DNA of 64,000 nt from Gemmatimonadaceae bacterium (lineage in GTDB: Bacteria; Gemmatimonadota; Gemmatimonadetes; Gemmatimonadales; Gemmatimonadaceae). The stretch spans positions 448,001 through 512,000 of the forward strand of contig JBHYGA010000001.1 in the NCBI GenBank assembly GCA_051859245.1, written 5' to 3'. Shown here in pieces: positions 18,733 through 28,348 of this stretch. Made by a program: the position numbers and the translations under genes. How positions within the stretch are numbered: the first letter of the stretch is position 1; each line of letters begins with the position of its first letter. The notes beneath the pieces are model-generated. The model worked only from the letters and a program-made list of their open reading frames with translations. It ran no database searches and had not been told where the DNA came from.

Positions 18733-19488
18733 TTAGCAGCAGCGGCGACGCCGAGTGGTCACCAGCAATCCCATCAGGCCCAGGCCGAGCAGCGCGAAGG
18801 ACTTCGGCTCCGGAACGGACACGCCGGGGTCGCCGCCGCCCGGACCCTCGCCGTCGCCCGGCTCTTCACCATCTCCCGGCAGCCCCTCACCAAGGTAGGT
18901 GAAGGTTGCGCTCTTTCCGCCGAAGCACGCACCGTCAAACAAATAGTTGGCGTCCACGCCACAGGCCTGCGTGGAATACGGCTCGGTCCAGTCGTCCGAG
19001 TAGAAGTGCGTAGCGATCCACAGTGGCCGCGTCCAGCCGGCATCGAGAAACAGGCCATTGCCTTTGGCGTTGCGATAGTCGAACAGTAGACCCGTCAGCT
19101 GCCCGGCACCGTTGGACGTGTAAAAGCCCGCCAACAACTCGGCGCCCGATGCAATGGACCATTGCTGCTGACCGATCTGAATGTCGAAGCCGAGCAAATC
19201 GTCGAGCGTGAACTGTTTGAGACTGGCGTGTGGCAGCAGGCCGTTTTTGAAGGTCAGCATGGCCGAGAATGTTTTGCCGAGCACGTCGGCTTTGTCGTAG
19301 TACTCGTTGAAGAGCGGCACGACCGTGTCCTGCTCTGCGTCCAGAAAATACGGCTGAATTGGCAGACGGCTGCCCGCGTACAGCGTGAGCAGATCGATCT
19401 GATAGGACGGTTGCGCAGACGCGACAGTTGGCGCGATGGCGCCCGCGCTGAATGCCGCGCAGGCGAGAGCGATGAGAAGACGACGCAT
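18733..19488 (-). CDS. PEP-CTERM sorting domain protein
   Basis: Signal peptide; G/P/D/E linker; 'VPEPKSFALLGLGLMGLLVTTRRRRCC'; GAGGA RBS. Confidence 0.92.
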   Translation of the reverse strand: MRRLLIALACAAFSAGAIAPTVASAQPSYQIDLLTLYAGSRLPIQPYFLDAEQDTVVPLFNEYYDKADVLGKTFSAMLTFKNGLLPHASLKQFTLDDLLGFDIQIGQQQWSIASGAELLAGFYTSNGAGQLTGLLFDYRNAKGNGLFLDAGWTRPLWIATHFYSDDWTEPYSTQACGVDANYLFDGACFGGKSATFTYLGEGLPGDGEEPGDGEGPGGGDPGVSVPEPKSFALLGLGLMGLLVTTRRRRCC

Positions 19489-19678
19489 GAAGAATCCTCG
19501 GACGGTTGACGGTTTCGCGAGCCCTTGCCCGAAACGGATCGGCAGTGGTTCGCGCCTTGGTGAACGTCCGGAAGATCGAAGTGGCGGTCACCCGTCGATT
19601 TGCGTCGGACACAGACGCCCGGGTGAGTCGCAGGTGATGCTCAGGTGATCCGGTGACAAGGCTGGCGTTGATGTGCCA

Positions 19679-22351
19679 TCACGGCTTCAGCTTCGCCTTG
19701 AGCTCCGCAAAAAAGTTGTGGACCACGACGAGCGTGGGCGTTCCTGCCATGTCTTCCCACTTGTTGTCGCGCACCATAAGAAAGCGCTGATCGTCGGGCG
19801 CAATTGCGTAGGTGCCGCTCACCGGCGACCCGACGCGCACACCTTCAGGAATCTCGAACAGCACACGCGGCGGGTCAGCCGAAAATGGAGGTCCGGGATT
19901 GACGCGCACCACATGCATCTTGCGGTTGGCGACATAGAACAGCTCGTCTCCGCTGTGGGCCCACACGGGAGCGCTGGCGCCGCCGCTTGAGACTTGCCAC
20001 TTGCCGCTGCTCACATTGGGATACGGGCGCACGAACAGCTCGTTCGGTCCTTGCTCGTTCGACACGTACGCGAGCCAACGCGAGTCCGGCGACAGCGCGG
20101 CGCCCGATGTGTTCGTTCCAGGTGACATGATGCTACGCATCACACTGTCGACGCGGGGTTGCGCCGCGAGCCGAGGCTCGCCGGTGCCGTCGGCGGACTG
20201 CTCCCAGAGGTTGAACCCATTCGGCGTTGCATCGCTCGACGTTGGCCGGTCCGAGAGAAACGTGACGGATCGACCGTCGGGCGACCATGCCGGCATGCGA
20301 TCCACGCCATCGTGGAGGGTGAGCCGCGTCGCCGGACCGATCGGTAGCGGTTTGATCCAGATGTCCGTGCCAAGCTCGGTGAGCTGCGTGAGCGCAATGC
20401 GCCGTCCATCGGGCGATAGCGCGAGTCCCCAGTCGGTGTCCATCAGCCCGTTGTACATACCCCCGGTGTTCACGTACCACGTGGAATCCACCGGCTCAAC
20501 GCGGCCGCTGCGATCTACCCACACGACGGCGGCATTCGGCAGTGGTCCGGGCGCGAACTCTGATTCACCCAACAGGTAGTATGCGGTGCCGTCGTTCGAA
20601 ATCAGGAAGCCCGGCGCCTGAATACCGTCGAGCACGGCCACCGATCCACCAGTTGGAGCAAGCGCCGAGTTATCCCACGGCGCGGCCATGAGTGTGCCGG
20701 CGCTGGTGAGGTAGAGCACGTGTCCCGTTGGCACGTACCACGCACCAATCGCATCGTCAAACAGCTCGCGAATCGTATCCTGGCGCGCGTCGTACACGTA
20801 CACTTTGCTTGGACGACAGCTGACGGGGCCCACGCATTGCGTGAGATGCGCCGTGAACAGAATTCCGCGCGACGACGGCAGTGGTGACGGTAGCCACGGA
20901 AAGCGGCCGCCGAGCGCCTCGCGTGTGACGATCACGTTCGCAGTGGCCGCTCCGGCACTGAGTTGGCGCAATGTGCGGCTCGGGGCGTCGTAGTACACGA
21001 TTGAACCATCGTCGAGCCACGCGGCGCGATTGAACGAGGCGTTCACCGAATCCGCGAGTTTGATCGACGCGCCGCCAGCGCTCGGCACGCGACGCAGTTG
21101 CCCGTTGGCCACGAAGCCGATCCACGCGCCGTCGGGCGAAAAAAATGGACCCGAGCCACCTTCTGTGCCGGCCAGCGGCTGAGCCAACACTTCATCACGA
21201 TGTTTGATGTAGAGCTGGCCGGGTCCCGTGAGTGGGCTGCGGAATACCAGTGATTCACCATCTGGCGAGAGCGCGGCTTCGACACCAAACGTGATGCCGT
21301 CGAGCACACCCGATGCGCCGAGCGTGGTGGGATGGCGTGAGACGAATGTCGATTGACGTTCACGAGTCAGCGCCCACGTGGCCAGCGCGATCGCAAGCAG
21401 GGAAACCAATGCCAGTGCGGGCAGTGCGAACCGACGCGAATTCACGTCGGCGTGCTTTGAGGTCGTGGCGTTCGCAACGGGCCAGACGTACGCCGGATTG
21501 TGCAGCGCGTCGGCAAACGCTTTTGCGTGATCGAAGCGGTCTGCCGGAAGTTTCTCCAGCGACTTGGCGATCGCGGCGGCAACATGCGGCGGCACGGCTT
21601 TGCGCAACTCGCGCACCGGTCGCGCTATGTCCGACACAATCTTCAGAATGATTGCTTGTGCCGAGGGACCATGGTGCGGCGGTTCGCCTGTGAGCATTTC
21701 AAACAGCACAGAACCGAGCGAGTAGATGTCCGAGCGGTTGCTGATGTGTGTGTCGGCGGTTGCCTGCTCAGGCGACATGTAGTGCGGCGTGCCCAGCGAC
21801 AATCCCGTTTCTGTCATGCGGCTACCAGCCGCAGCGCTTACCGCAAGTGCAATACCAAAGTCCGCGACAAACGCGCGACCATCGCGCAAGAGAACGTTCT
21901 CAGGTTTGATGTCGCGATGAATCACTCCGTGCTCGTGTGCGTACTGCAACGCGTCCGCGACTTCGGTGGTGATTTGCACGGCTTCATCAATGCCGAGTTG
22001 CTGTTCGCGATCGAGTTTATGTCTGAGCGTTTCGCCGTGAATGTACGGCATCACATAGTACAAGAGCCCCGTGCTGTCGCCGTGTGCTGCGGCGGTACTG
22101 CCGCTGTCGTACAGCGGCAGAATGTGCGGGTGCTGCAGTCGTGCCGTAGTCTTGATTTCCTGCAGGAATCGATCGGCGCCAAGCACCACGCCGAGTTCCG
22201 GGCGCAGCACCTTGAGCGCGACTTCGCGGTCGTGCTTGAGATCGTGGGCCAGGTACACCGTGGCCATGCCGCCTTCGCCGAGCTGACGCTCGATGCGATA
22301 GCGGTCGGCAAGGGCCGTTGCGAGTTGCTCGGTGACGTCAGCCATGCGCAT
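19679..22351 (-). CDS. Ser/Thr protein kinase with TM helix and TolB-like (PD40) beta-propeller
   Basis: GEGGMATVY, VALK, HRDIKPEN, DFG, GTPHYMSPEQ; TM segment; SPDG repeats. Confidence 0.95.
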   Translation of the reverse strand: MRMADVTEQLATALADRYRIERQLGEGGMATVYLAHDLKHDREVALKVLRPELGVVLGADRFLQEIKTTARLQHPHILPLYDSGSTAAAHGDSTGLLYYVMPYIHGETLRHKLDREQQLGIDEAVQITTEVADALQYAHEHGVIHRDIKPENVLLRDGRAFVADFGIALAVSAAAGSRMTETGLSLGTPHYMSPEQATADTHISNRSDIYSLGSVLFEMLTGEPPHHGPSAQAIILKIVSDIARPVRELRKAVPPHVAAAIAKSLEKLPADRFDHAKAFADALHNPAYVWPVANATTSKHADVNSRRFALPALALVSLLAIALATWALTRERQSTFVSRHPTTLGASGVLDGITFGVEAALSPDGESLVFRSPLTGPGQLYIKHRDEVLAQPLAGTEGGSGPFFSPDGAWIGFVANGQLRRVPSAGGASIKLADSVNASFNRAAWLDDGSIVYYDAPSRTLRQLSAGAATANVIVTREALGGRFPWLPSPLPSSRGILFTAHLTQCVGPVSCRPSKVYVYDARQDTIRELFDDAIGAWYVPTGHVLYLTSAGTLMAAPWDNSALAPTGGSVAVLDGIQAPGFLISNDGTAYYLLGESEFAPGPLPNAAVVWVDRSGRVEPVDSTWYVNTGGMYNGLMDTDWGLALSPDGRRIALTQLTELGTDIWIKPLPIGPATRLTLHDGVDRMPAWSPDGRSVTFLSDRPTSSDATPNGFNLWEQSADGTGEPRLAAQPRVDSVMRSIMSPGTNTSGAALSPDSRWLAYVSNEQGPNELFVRPYPNVSSGKWQVSSGGASAPVWAHSGDELFYVANRKMHVVRVNPGPPFSADPPRVLFEIPEGVRVGSPVSGTYAIAPDDQRFLMVRDNKWEDMAGTPTLVVVHNFFAELKAKLKP

Positions 22352-22516
22352 TGGCGGTTAGCCTGACTCGGCGTGGTGCGGTGGGGTGACGCGTCGGTTG
22401 ACGAGCTGTTGATTTCCAATAGGAATTCCTGCTTGCCGTGCCAAGGTACGCCTCGCTGGAGAGGCCGTCCAGACACGTTGCCTCTTCGCCGCCAACCGGA
22501 GCCAGGTGATCTTCTC

Positions 22517-23053
22517 ATGCGTCTCGTGCAAACGGCTGTCATTGTTGTGATTCTGGGCGCCATCTTCGCTGCCGCCTTTGGTGGCGGTGGTGTGCTCCTG
22601 GCGCGCAATCTGCCGATGGTGCGTGAGGGATGGAGTTCGCGGTCATGGCCTTCGGTGCAAGGCGAGGTGCAGCAGTCGGCAGCCGTGGCCAAACCAGTTG
22701 TGGCTTCAACGCGCCGCGGAACAGTCGGCACGCATGTGCTGATGCTGCGTTACGCGTATGCGGTGAACAACACCGTGTACACGGGCACACGCCGGAGTCT
22801 GGCGGATGAAGGCATCATTCGCAGTCAGGAGTTCGCGGAGAGCGAAGCCGCGGCGTTGCCCGTGGGGACAAACGTCACTGTTTTTTACGATCCGGGTAAT
22901 CCATCACGTTCGCTGCTGACCCGGGGCGTATCAGCGGCGAGTGTCGTGGGGATCAGCATTGGACTGGTGCTCATCGCAGGCGGAGCAGGGCTGGTCGGCG
23001 TTGCGCTGCGGTTGCGCTCGCATCACGTGCGGCGCCGTGCGCAGCGGGGGTGA
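22517..23053 (+). CDS. DUF3592 domain membrane protein
   Basis: 'SRSWPSVQGEV', 'YAYAVNNTVY', 'VTVFYDPGNPSRSLL'; two TM segments. Confidence 0.88.
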   Translation: MRLVQTAVIVVILGAIFAAAFGGGGVLLARNLPMVREGWSSRSWPSVQGEVQQSAAVAKPVVASTRRGTVGTHVLMLRYAYAVNNTVYTGTRRSLADEGIIRSQEFAESEAAALPVGTNVTVFYDPGNPSRSLLTRGVSAASVVGISIGLVLIAGGAGLVGVALRLRSHHVRRRAQRG

Positions 23054-23194
23054 GCAGCCGGTCATCCGCGGCGAGCATCTCCCTCTATCTTGCGCCGCGA
23101 AGATGCCGACCGGTGACACATTCGTTGTGCGTCCGTGACTTTCGCGAGGAATTTTCCGGGGTTGTTGTATTCTCCTTCCCCCGGATCCCCTCAC

Positions 23195-24832
23195 ATGACA
23201 CGCTTCGGTTCCCTCCTGCTCGTGGGCGCGACGATCGCGCTCGTTGGCTGCGACCGCGACAAGTCGGTCGCCGTCACCGCTCCTGACGACCTCTCGCCGG
23301 CGCTGCGCGCGTCGCCCTCCGATCCAACGCCGACTACCATCACATTGCAGAAGATCGGTGAGTTTGCGGGCGGCGGGAACGGTGCCGCCGAAATCACTGC
23401 TTTCGACGATGTCAGCAAGCGCTTGTTTGTCGTCAACGGCGCACTGGGAAGCGTAGACGTACTCGACCTTCGCAACCCGTCGAATCCCAAGAGGATCGCC
23501 AGGATCGAGGCAGGTGCACTGGGTGGTGGTGCGGCCAACAGCGTGGACACGAATAATGGCGTTGTCGCCATCGCGGTGCAGGCCGCCAACAAGACAGACA
23601 ACGGCACCGTGTTCTTCTATCGTGCGACCACGCTGCAGCTGATCAGTCAGGTAACGGTTGGTGCGCTTCCCGATATGCTGACGTTCTCGCCTGACGGCAA
23701 AACGGTGTTCGTGGCCAATGAAGGCGAGCCGAATACCGACTACACGATCGATCCTGAGGGTTCCGTCAGCGTGATCGACGTGCGCAACATCAATGCCCCG
23801 AGCGTTCGTACGGCCGGCTTCACGTCGTACATTGGTCAGGAAGAGGGACTGCGCGCGCAGGGTGTCCGCATCTACGGACCCGGGGCCAATGCCGCCCAGG
23901 ACTTTGAGCCCGAATACATCACCGTTTCTGCCGATGGCCGCACGGCGTGGGTGTCGCTCCAGGAGAACAATGCACTTGCGGTGATTGATGTCGCGTCAGC
24001 GAGCGTGACTGACATTCTGCCGTTGGGATACAAGGATCACTCGGTGCCCGGCAATGAGCTGGATCCCAGCAACGCCGATGGCATCAACATTCGCAACATG
24101 CCCGTCTTCGGTATGTATCAGCCCGATGGCATTGCGTCGTATTCGGTGAATGGTCAGACGTACATTGTGACCGCCAACGAAGGCGATGCGCGCGAATACA
24201 TTGTAGAGAACGGCGACGACGAGACTGAGGTATTCGTGGAAGAAGTGAGCGTTGAGGACCTTGCACTCAACCCGAGCATCTTCACCGATCTGGCATGCGG
24301 CGGACCGTGTGCAAACGAGGAGCAGCTGGGCAGCCTCAACGTCACCAAGACGCTTGGTTTCAACAGCAGCACGGGCCAGTACGACAAGCTCTTCGCGCTC
24401 GGCGGCCGATCGTTCAGCATTTTTTCGGCGACTGGTCAACTGGTGTTCGATTCCGGCAGCGATTTCGAGCAGCGCACCAAGGCACTCGGCACCGTCAACT
24501 TCAATGCGTCGAACACCGGCAACGCGCTCGACAATCGCAGCGACAACAAGGGTCCGGAGCCGGAGGGTGTGGTGCTCGGACGTCTGGGCACGCGTACGTT
24601 CGCATTCATCGGCCTTGAGCGCGTGGGCGGCGTGATGGTCTACGATGTGACGTCACCCGCGGGCGCGTTCTTCGTAACGTATATCAATCCGCGCACCGGC
24701 CCCACGGGTGACCGTGGCCCCGAAGGACTGACGTTTGTTCCGGCCGTGCGCTCGCCGAACAAGCAGCCGTTGCTGATCGTCGGCAACGAAATCAGCGGTA
24801 CCACGGCGATCTATCAGATCAACTTGTTCTAA
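23195..24832 (+). CDS. Choice-of-anchor I family lipoprotein (alkaline-phosphatase-associated beta-propeller)
   Basis: Lipobox LVGC; 'GALPDMLTF', 'ANEGEP', 'EPEYI', 'LQENNA', 'TANEGDAR', 'DNRSDNKGPEPEG', 'GLERVGG', 'NEISGT'. Confidence 0.9.
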   Translation: MTRFGSLLLVGATIALVGCDRDKSVAVTAPDDLSPALRASPSDPTPTTITLQKIGEFAGGGNGAAEITAFDDVSKRLFVVNGALGSVDVLDLRNPSNPKRIARIEAGALGGGAANSVDTNNGVVAIAVQAANKTDNGTVFFYRATTLQLISQVTVGALPDMLTFSPDGKTVFVANEGEPNTDYTIDPEGSVSVIDVRNINAPSVRTAGFTSYIGQEEGLRAQGVRIYGPGANAAQDFEPEYITVSADGRTAWVSLQENNALAVIDVASASVTDILPLGYKDHSVPGNELDPSNADGINIRNMPVFGMYQPDGIASYSVNGQTYIVTANEGDAREYIVENGDDETEVFVEEVSVEDLALNPSIFTDLACGGPCANEEQLGSLNVTKTLGFNSSTGQYDKLFALGGRSFSIFSATGQLVFDSGSDFEQRTKALGTVNFNASNTGNALDNRSDNKGPEPEGVVLGRLGTRTFAFIGLERVGGVMVYDVTSPAGAFFVTYINPRTGPTGDRGPEGLTFVPAVRSPNKQPLLIVGNEISGTTAIYQINLF

Positions 24833-24842
24833 GTCCCGACAA

Positions 24843-24875
24843 CTCCGTCCGGCGCGAGCGCTGCGCCGGACGGAG
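24843..24875 (+). terminator. Hairpin after the choice-of-anchor I gene
   Basis: 13-bp stem CTCCGTCCGGCGC/GCGCCGGACGGAG; weak U-tract. Confidence 0.55.
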
Positions 24876-25010
24876 CATTGTGTCCAAGCGCTTTCAGCAA
24901 CGCTGGGCGACGTTGGACGGGCGCGCACTACCTCTTCGTGCGCGAAGTCAAGTAACAGTTGCGTTGGTCAACGCAACACACGTGCATCAGCACGCCGCGC
25001 TGCGGCAACC

Positions 25011-25027
25011 GTGACAGACACATAACA
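25011..25027. promoter_or_regulatory. Pho-box-like 11-bp direct repeat upstream of susC
   Basis: GTGACA-gacac-ATAACA; the reverse complement TGTTAT-N5-TGTCAC resembles the PhoB consensus. Confidence 0.4.
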
Positions 25028-25097
25028 AGACTGTGGTGAAGCGCGCGGAATATTGGACGCAGTTACACCGTCCTTCTCATTCCCTGCCCATCACCCG

Positions 25098-28000
25098 ATG
25101 CGAACTCTCCGTTTTCCGATGCTCGGCGTTGCCGCGTTGTTGGCCTTCGTGGCGCGCGCAGCTCACGCGCAGACCGGCACGATCAGTGGTACCGTCACAG
25201 AACAGCTCACCTCAACGCCGATCTTGCAGGCCTCGGTGTTCGTGCAGGGGCTGAATATGGGCGCCGTCACCGATGCACAAGGGCGATATACCATTGCGAA
25301 GGTTCCCGCCGGCACCTACACCATCCTTGCGCGTCGCCTTGGCTATGTCGCAGGGCAAACGCAGATCGTCGTGGCGGCGAACGGAACGGTCACGACCAAC
25401 TTCACGCTGGCGCGTGCTTCGGTGCAACTCGACGATGTTGTGGCCATCGGATACGGCACCGCCGACCGTCGCAATGTCATGGGCGCCGTTGAGCAGGTGA
25501 ATGCCGCACAGCTCGCCGAACGGCCCGTGCCCAACCTCACCATCGGTCTGCAAGGTCTGGTTCCGGGTGTGAACATCCGCCCGGGTGATGGCAAGCCGAT
25601 TCAGACACCCGCCATCAACATTCGCGGTGCGACGTCCATCGGAACGGGCGGCAGTGCGCTCGTACTCATTGATGGTGTTGAAGGCGATCCCGCCATCCTC
25701 AACCCCGATGATGTCGCGTCCATTACGGTACTGAAAGACGCATCGGCGTCAGCGGTGTACGGCGCACGCGGCGCGTTCGGCGTGCTCCTCATCACGACCA
25801 AGCGCCCGCAGAAAGATCAGTTTCAGGTGAACTACGGTGTGAACTACGGTAGCCGTGCACCCATCCAGCGCACGTCGGTAGTGACCGATGGTTATACGTT
25901 TGCCCGTTTATTCGACCAGGCCTTCCAGAGCTGGCAGGGTTTCGCGCCGCAGAACGTAAACAAGACGCTTGTGTTCTCGGCGGCGTATCTGGACTCGCTG
26001 CGCGTGCGCTCCGAGACGAATCGTGCGCCGGAAACCATGGTGGGTCCGGACGGCGCGTACCAGTACTACAACAGCACGAACTGGTACGATGAGTTGTATC
26101 GAGAGAACGCGCAGACCATGGAGCACAATCTTTCGATCTCCCGCGGCTCTGAAAACGCGCAGTTCATGATTTCCGCACGCACGCTGGGACAGGACGGCAT
26201 CTTCCGCTACAACTCCGATGATTTCGGACAGCGAAACCTGCGCGCCGAGGGCTCCATCCGTGCGGCAGACTGGCTGAACGTGCGCAGCGGATTTCTGTAT
26301 TCCAATCGCACCTACCGCAATCCGGAGAACGTTGGCGAAGGCGGCGCGATCTGGCGCAACCTGCAGGACGAAGGACACGTGCTGTCCGCACTCCGCAATC
26401 CGGACGGGACGCTCACGCATTCGGCCGCGTACACCGTGGGTGATTTCGCCTACGGAAAAAACGGCATCAACTTTGACACCGACGTCTACCGCACCAACGT
26501 AGAAGCAGCCACGAACTTCTTCGAGGATCGCGTCAAGTTCACGAGTGACTTCACGTACCAGCGCACCACCGACGATCAGCAGCGCCGCCGAGTCCCGGTG
26601 CCATATAGCCGCCGTCCGGGTGTGATTGAGTATGTCGGTGCGGCAACCAATACGCTCACCGAAACCCGCGGCACCACCGACTACATCGCGACGAACGCCT
26701 TCGGCGAGTTCAACACCACGTTTGGTAGCCGCCACACGCTTCGTGTGATGGGCGGTGTGAATTATGAAGAGCGCACCTTCAATCAACTGAGTGCGTCGCG
26801 CAACGGCCTGATCTTCCCCGACGCGTCAGATCTCAACCTGGCGTTGGGCACGTCGACCGTTATCACCGGTGGCTACGAGAAGTGGCAAATCATGGGCGGC
26901 TTTACGCGCCTCAACTACTCGTTCGCTGATCGATACCTGATCGAGTTCACGGGTCGTTACGACGGATCGTCAAAGTTTCCTGAGGACCAGCGCTATGCGT
27001 TCTTCCCGTCGGCGTCCGCTTCGTGGCGTATTTCGCAAGAACCGTTCTGGAAGGTGCCGCAGGGATTGGTGAACGATCTGCGACTGAGTGTGTCGCACGG
27101 CTCCATGGGCAATGGCAACGGCGGCGCGTACCAGTTTCAGCAAACGTTCAATATCGGACAATCGGGCGTGATCGTGAATGGGTCACGTCCGCAGCAAACG
27201 AGTGCGCCGGGCGTGTTGCCCGACGGCTTAACGTGGGAAACGGCGACCACGACGAATTTTGGTCTGGACGCAGACATGCTCGACAATCGCCTGAACATCA
27301 GTGCCGACGTGTACACGCGCCGCACCACGGACATGTATACCACGTCGATCACACCGCCGGCTGTATTTGGTGCGGGCGCGCCGCGTGGTAACTACGCCGA
27401 TCTCAAAACGCGCGGCTGGGAACTGTCGGCGGCCTGGCAGGACGGCGTCCAGCTTGCCGGAAGTCGCGCTACGTACGGTGTGCGCTTCATTCTCTCCGAC
27501 AATACATCCGAAATCACGAAGTACAACAATCCGAACGGGCTGCTCAACGACTACCGCGTTGGACAGAAGATCGGCGAGATCTGGGGCTACACAACAGAAG
27601 GCTTTTTCGCCGATTCCGCAGATATTCTGAGCCACGCCAATCAGAGCTTCATTCAGTCCCGCAACTCGCGCATCTGGCTGCCGGGTGATCTCAAGTTCCG
27701 GGACATCAATGGTGATGGCAAGATCGACGTGGGGAACCAGACGCAAGCCAATCCCGGCGACCTCTCGGTGATTGGCAACACGACACCGCGTTACAGCTAC
27801 GGCATCAATCTCAATAGCGCGTGGCGCGGTGTGAGTGTCAGCGCGTTCTTCCAGGGCGTGGGCAAGCAGGATTGGCACGCGAATCCCGAAGCTGACTATT
27901 TCTGGGGCGCGTACAATCGTCCGTATAACAACATTCCGTCGTGGCACCTGGAAGACGGGATCATCTATGATCCGGCCAATCCGAATCCCAATGCCTTCTT

Positions 28001-28343
28001 CCCGCGCCTGAACGGTTACGCGTCGCTCGGCGGCGAGCGTCAGATGTCGCGCCCGCAAACCAAGTATCTGCAGAGTGTTGCGTACATCCGACTCAAGAAC
28101 CTGCAGGTGGGTTACGACCTCCCCAAGTCCTGGCTGTCGCGCACGGGAACGCGCGGAGCAAAAGTCTACCTCTCGGCCGAGAACCTGTGGACGCATTCAC
28201 CGCTCTACAGAATCGTGAAGAATGTGGACGTTGAAAATCTGAGCAATGGCTCTGACCGTATTCTCACCGGCGGTACGAGCGGTGATGGTCTGAACTATCC
28301 GATGATGCGGACGTTCGTGACTGGCGTCTCCCTGACCTTCTAA
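25098..28343 (+). CDS. susC: SusC/RagA family TonB-dependent outer membrane transporter
   Basis: N-terminal carboxypeptidase-regulatory-like domain, plug 'VLKDASASAVYGARGAFGVLLITTK', 'RYDGSSKF', 'LTWET', 'YIRLKNLQVGY', terminal Phe. Confidence 0.96.
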   Translation: MRTLRFPMLGVAALLAFVARAAHAQTGTISGTVTEQLTSTPILQASVFVQGLNMGAVTDAQGRYTIAKVPAGTYTILARRLGYVAGQTQIVVAANGTVTTNFTLARASVQLDDVVAIGYGTADRRNVMGAVEQVNAAQLAERPVPNLTIGLQGLVPGVNIRPGDGKPIQTPAINIRGATSIGTGGSALVLIDGVEGDPAILNPDDVASITVLKDASASAVYGARGAFGVLLITTKRPQKDQFQVNYGVNYGSRAPIQRTSVVTDGYTFARLFDQAFQSWQGFAPQNVNKTLVFSAAYLDSLRVRSETNRAPETMVGPDGAYQYYNSTNWYDELYRENAQTMEHNLSISRGSENAQFMISARTLGQDGIFRYNSDDFGQRNLRAEGSIRAADWLNVRSGFLYSNRTYRNPENVGEGGAIWRNLQDEGHVLSALRNPDGTLTHSAAYTVGDFAYGKNGINFDTDVYRTNVEAATNFFEDRVKFTSDFTYQRTTDDQQRRRVPVPYSRRPGVIEYVGAATNTLTETRGTTDYIATNAFGEFNTTFGSRHTLRVMGGVNYEERTFNQLSASRNGLIFPDASDLNLALGTSTVITGGYEKWQIMGGFTRLNYSFADRYLIEFTGRYDGSSKFPEDQRYAFFPSASASWRISQEPFWKVPQGLVNDLRLSVSHGSMGNGNGGAYQFQQTFNIGQSGVIVNGSRPQQTSAPGVLPDGLTWETATTTNFGLDADMLDNRLNISADVYTRRTTDMYTTSITPPAVFGAGAPRGNYADLKTRGWELSAAWQDGVQLAGSRATYGVRFILSDNTSEITKYNNPNGLLNDYRVGQKIGEIWGYTTEGFFADSADILSHANQSFIQSRNSRIWLPGDLKFRDINGDGKIDVGNQTQANPGDLSVIGNTTPRYSYGINLNSAWRGVSVSAFFQGVGKQDWHANPEADYFWGAYNRPYNNIPSWHLEDGIIYDPANPNPNAFFPRLNGYASLGGERQMSRPQTKYLQSVAYIRLKNLQVGYDLPKSWLSRTGTRGAKVYLSAENLWTHSPLYRIVKNVDVENLSNGSDRILTGGTSGDGLNYPMMRTFVTGVSLTF

Positions 28344-28348
28344 TCACC

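Noticed and set aside
19495..19625. Possible c-di-GMP-I riboswitch before the PEP-CTERM gene (GACGCAAA, GGGCAAG, CGAAA words)
   Set aside because: The words occur in the wrong order and I could not form the P1/P2 stems. An Rfam scan would settle it.
22425..22445. Sigma54-like TGGCACG upstream of the kinase
   Set aside because: GG-to-GC spacing is 8 nt, not the required 10.
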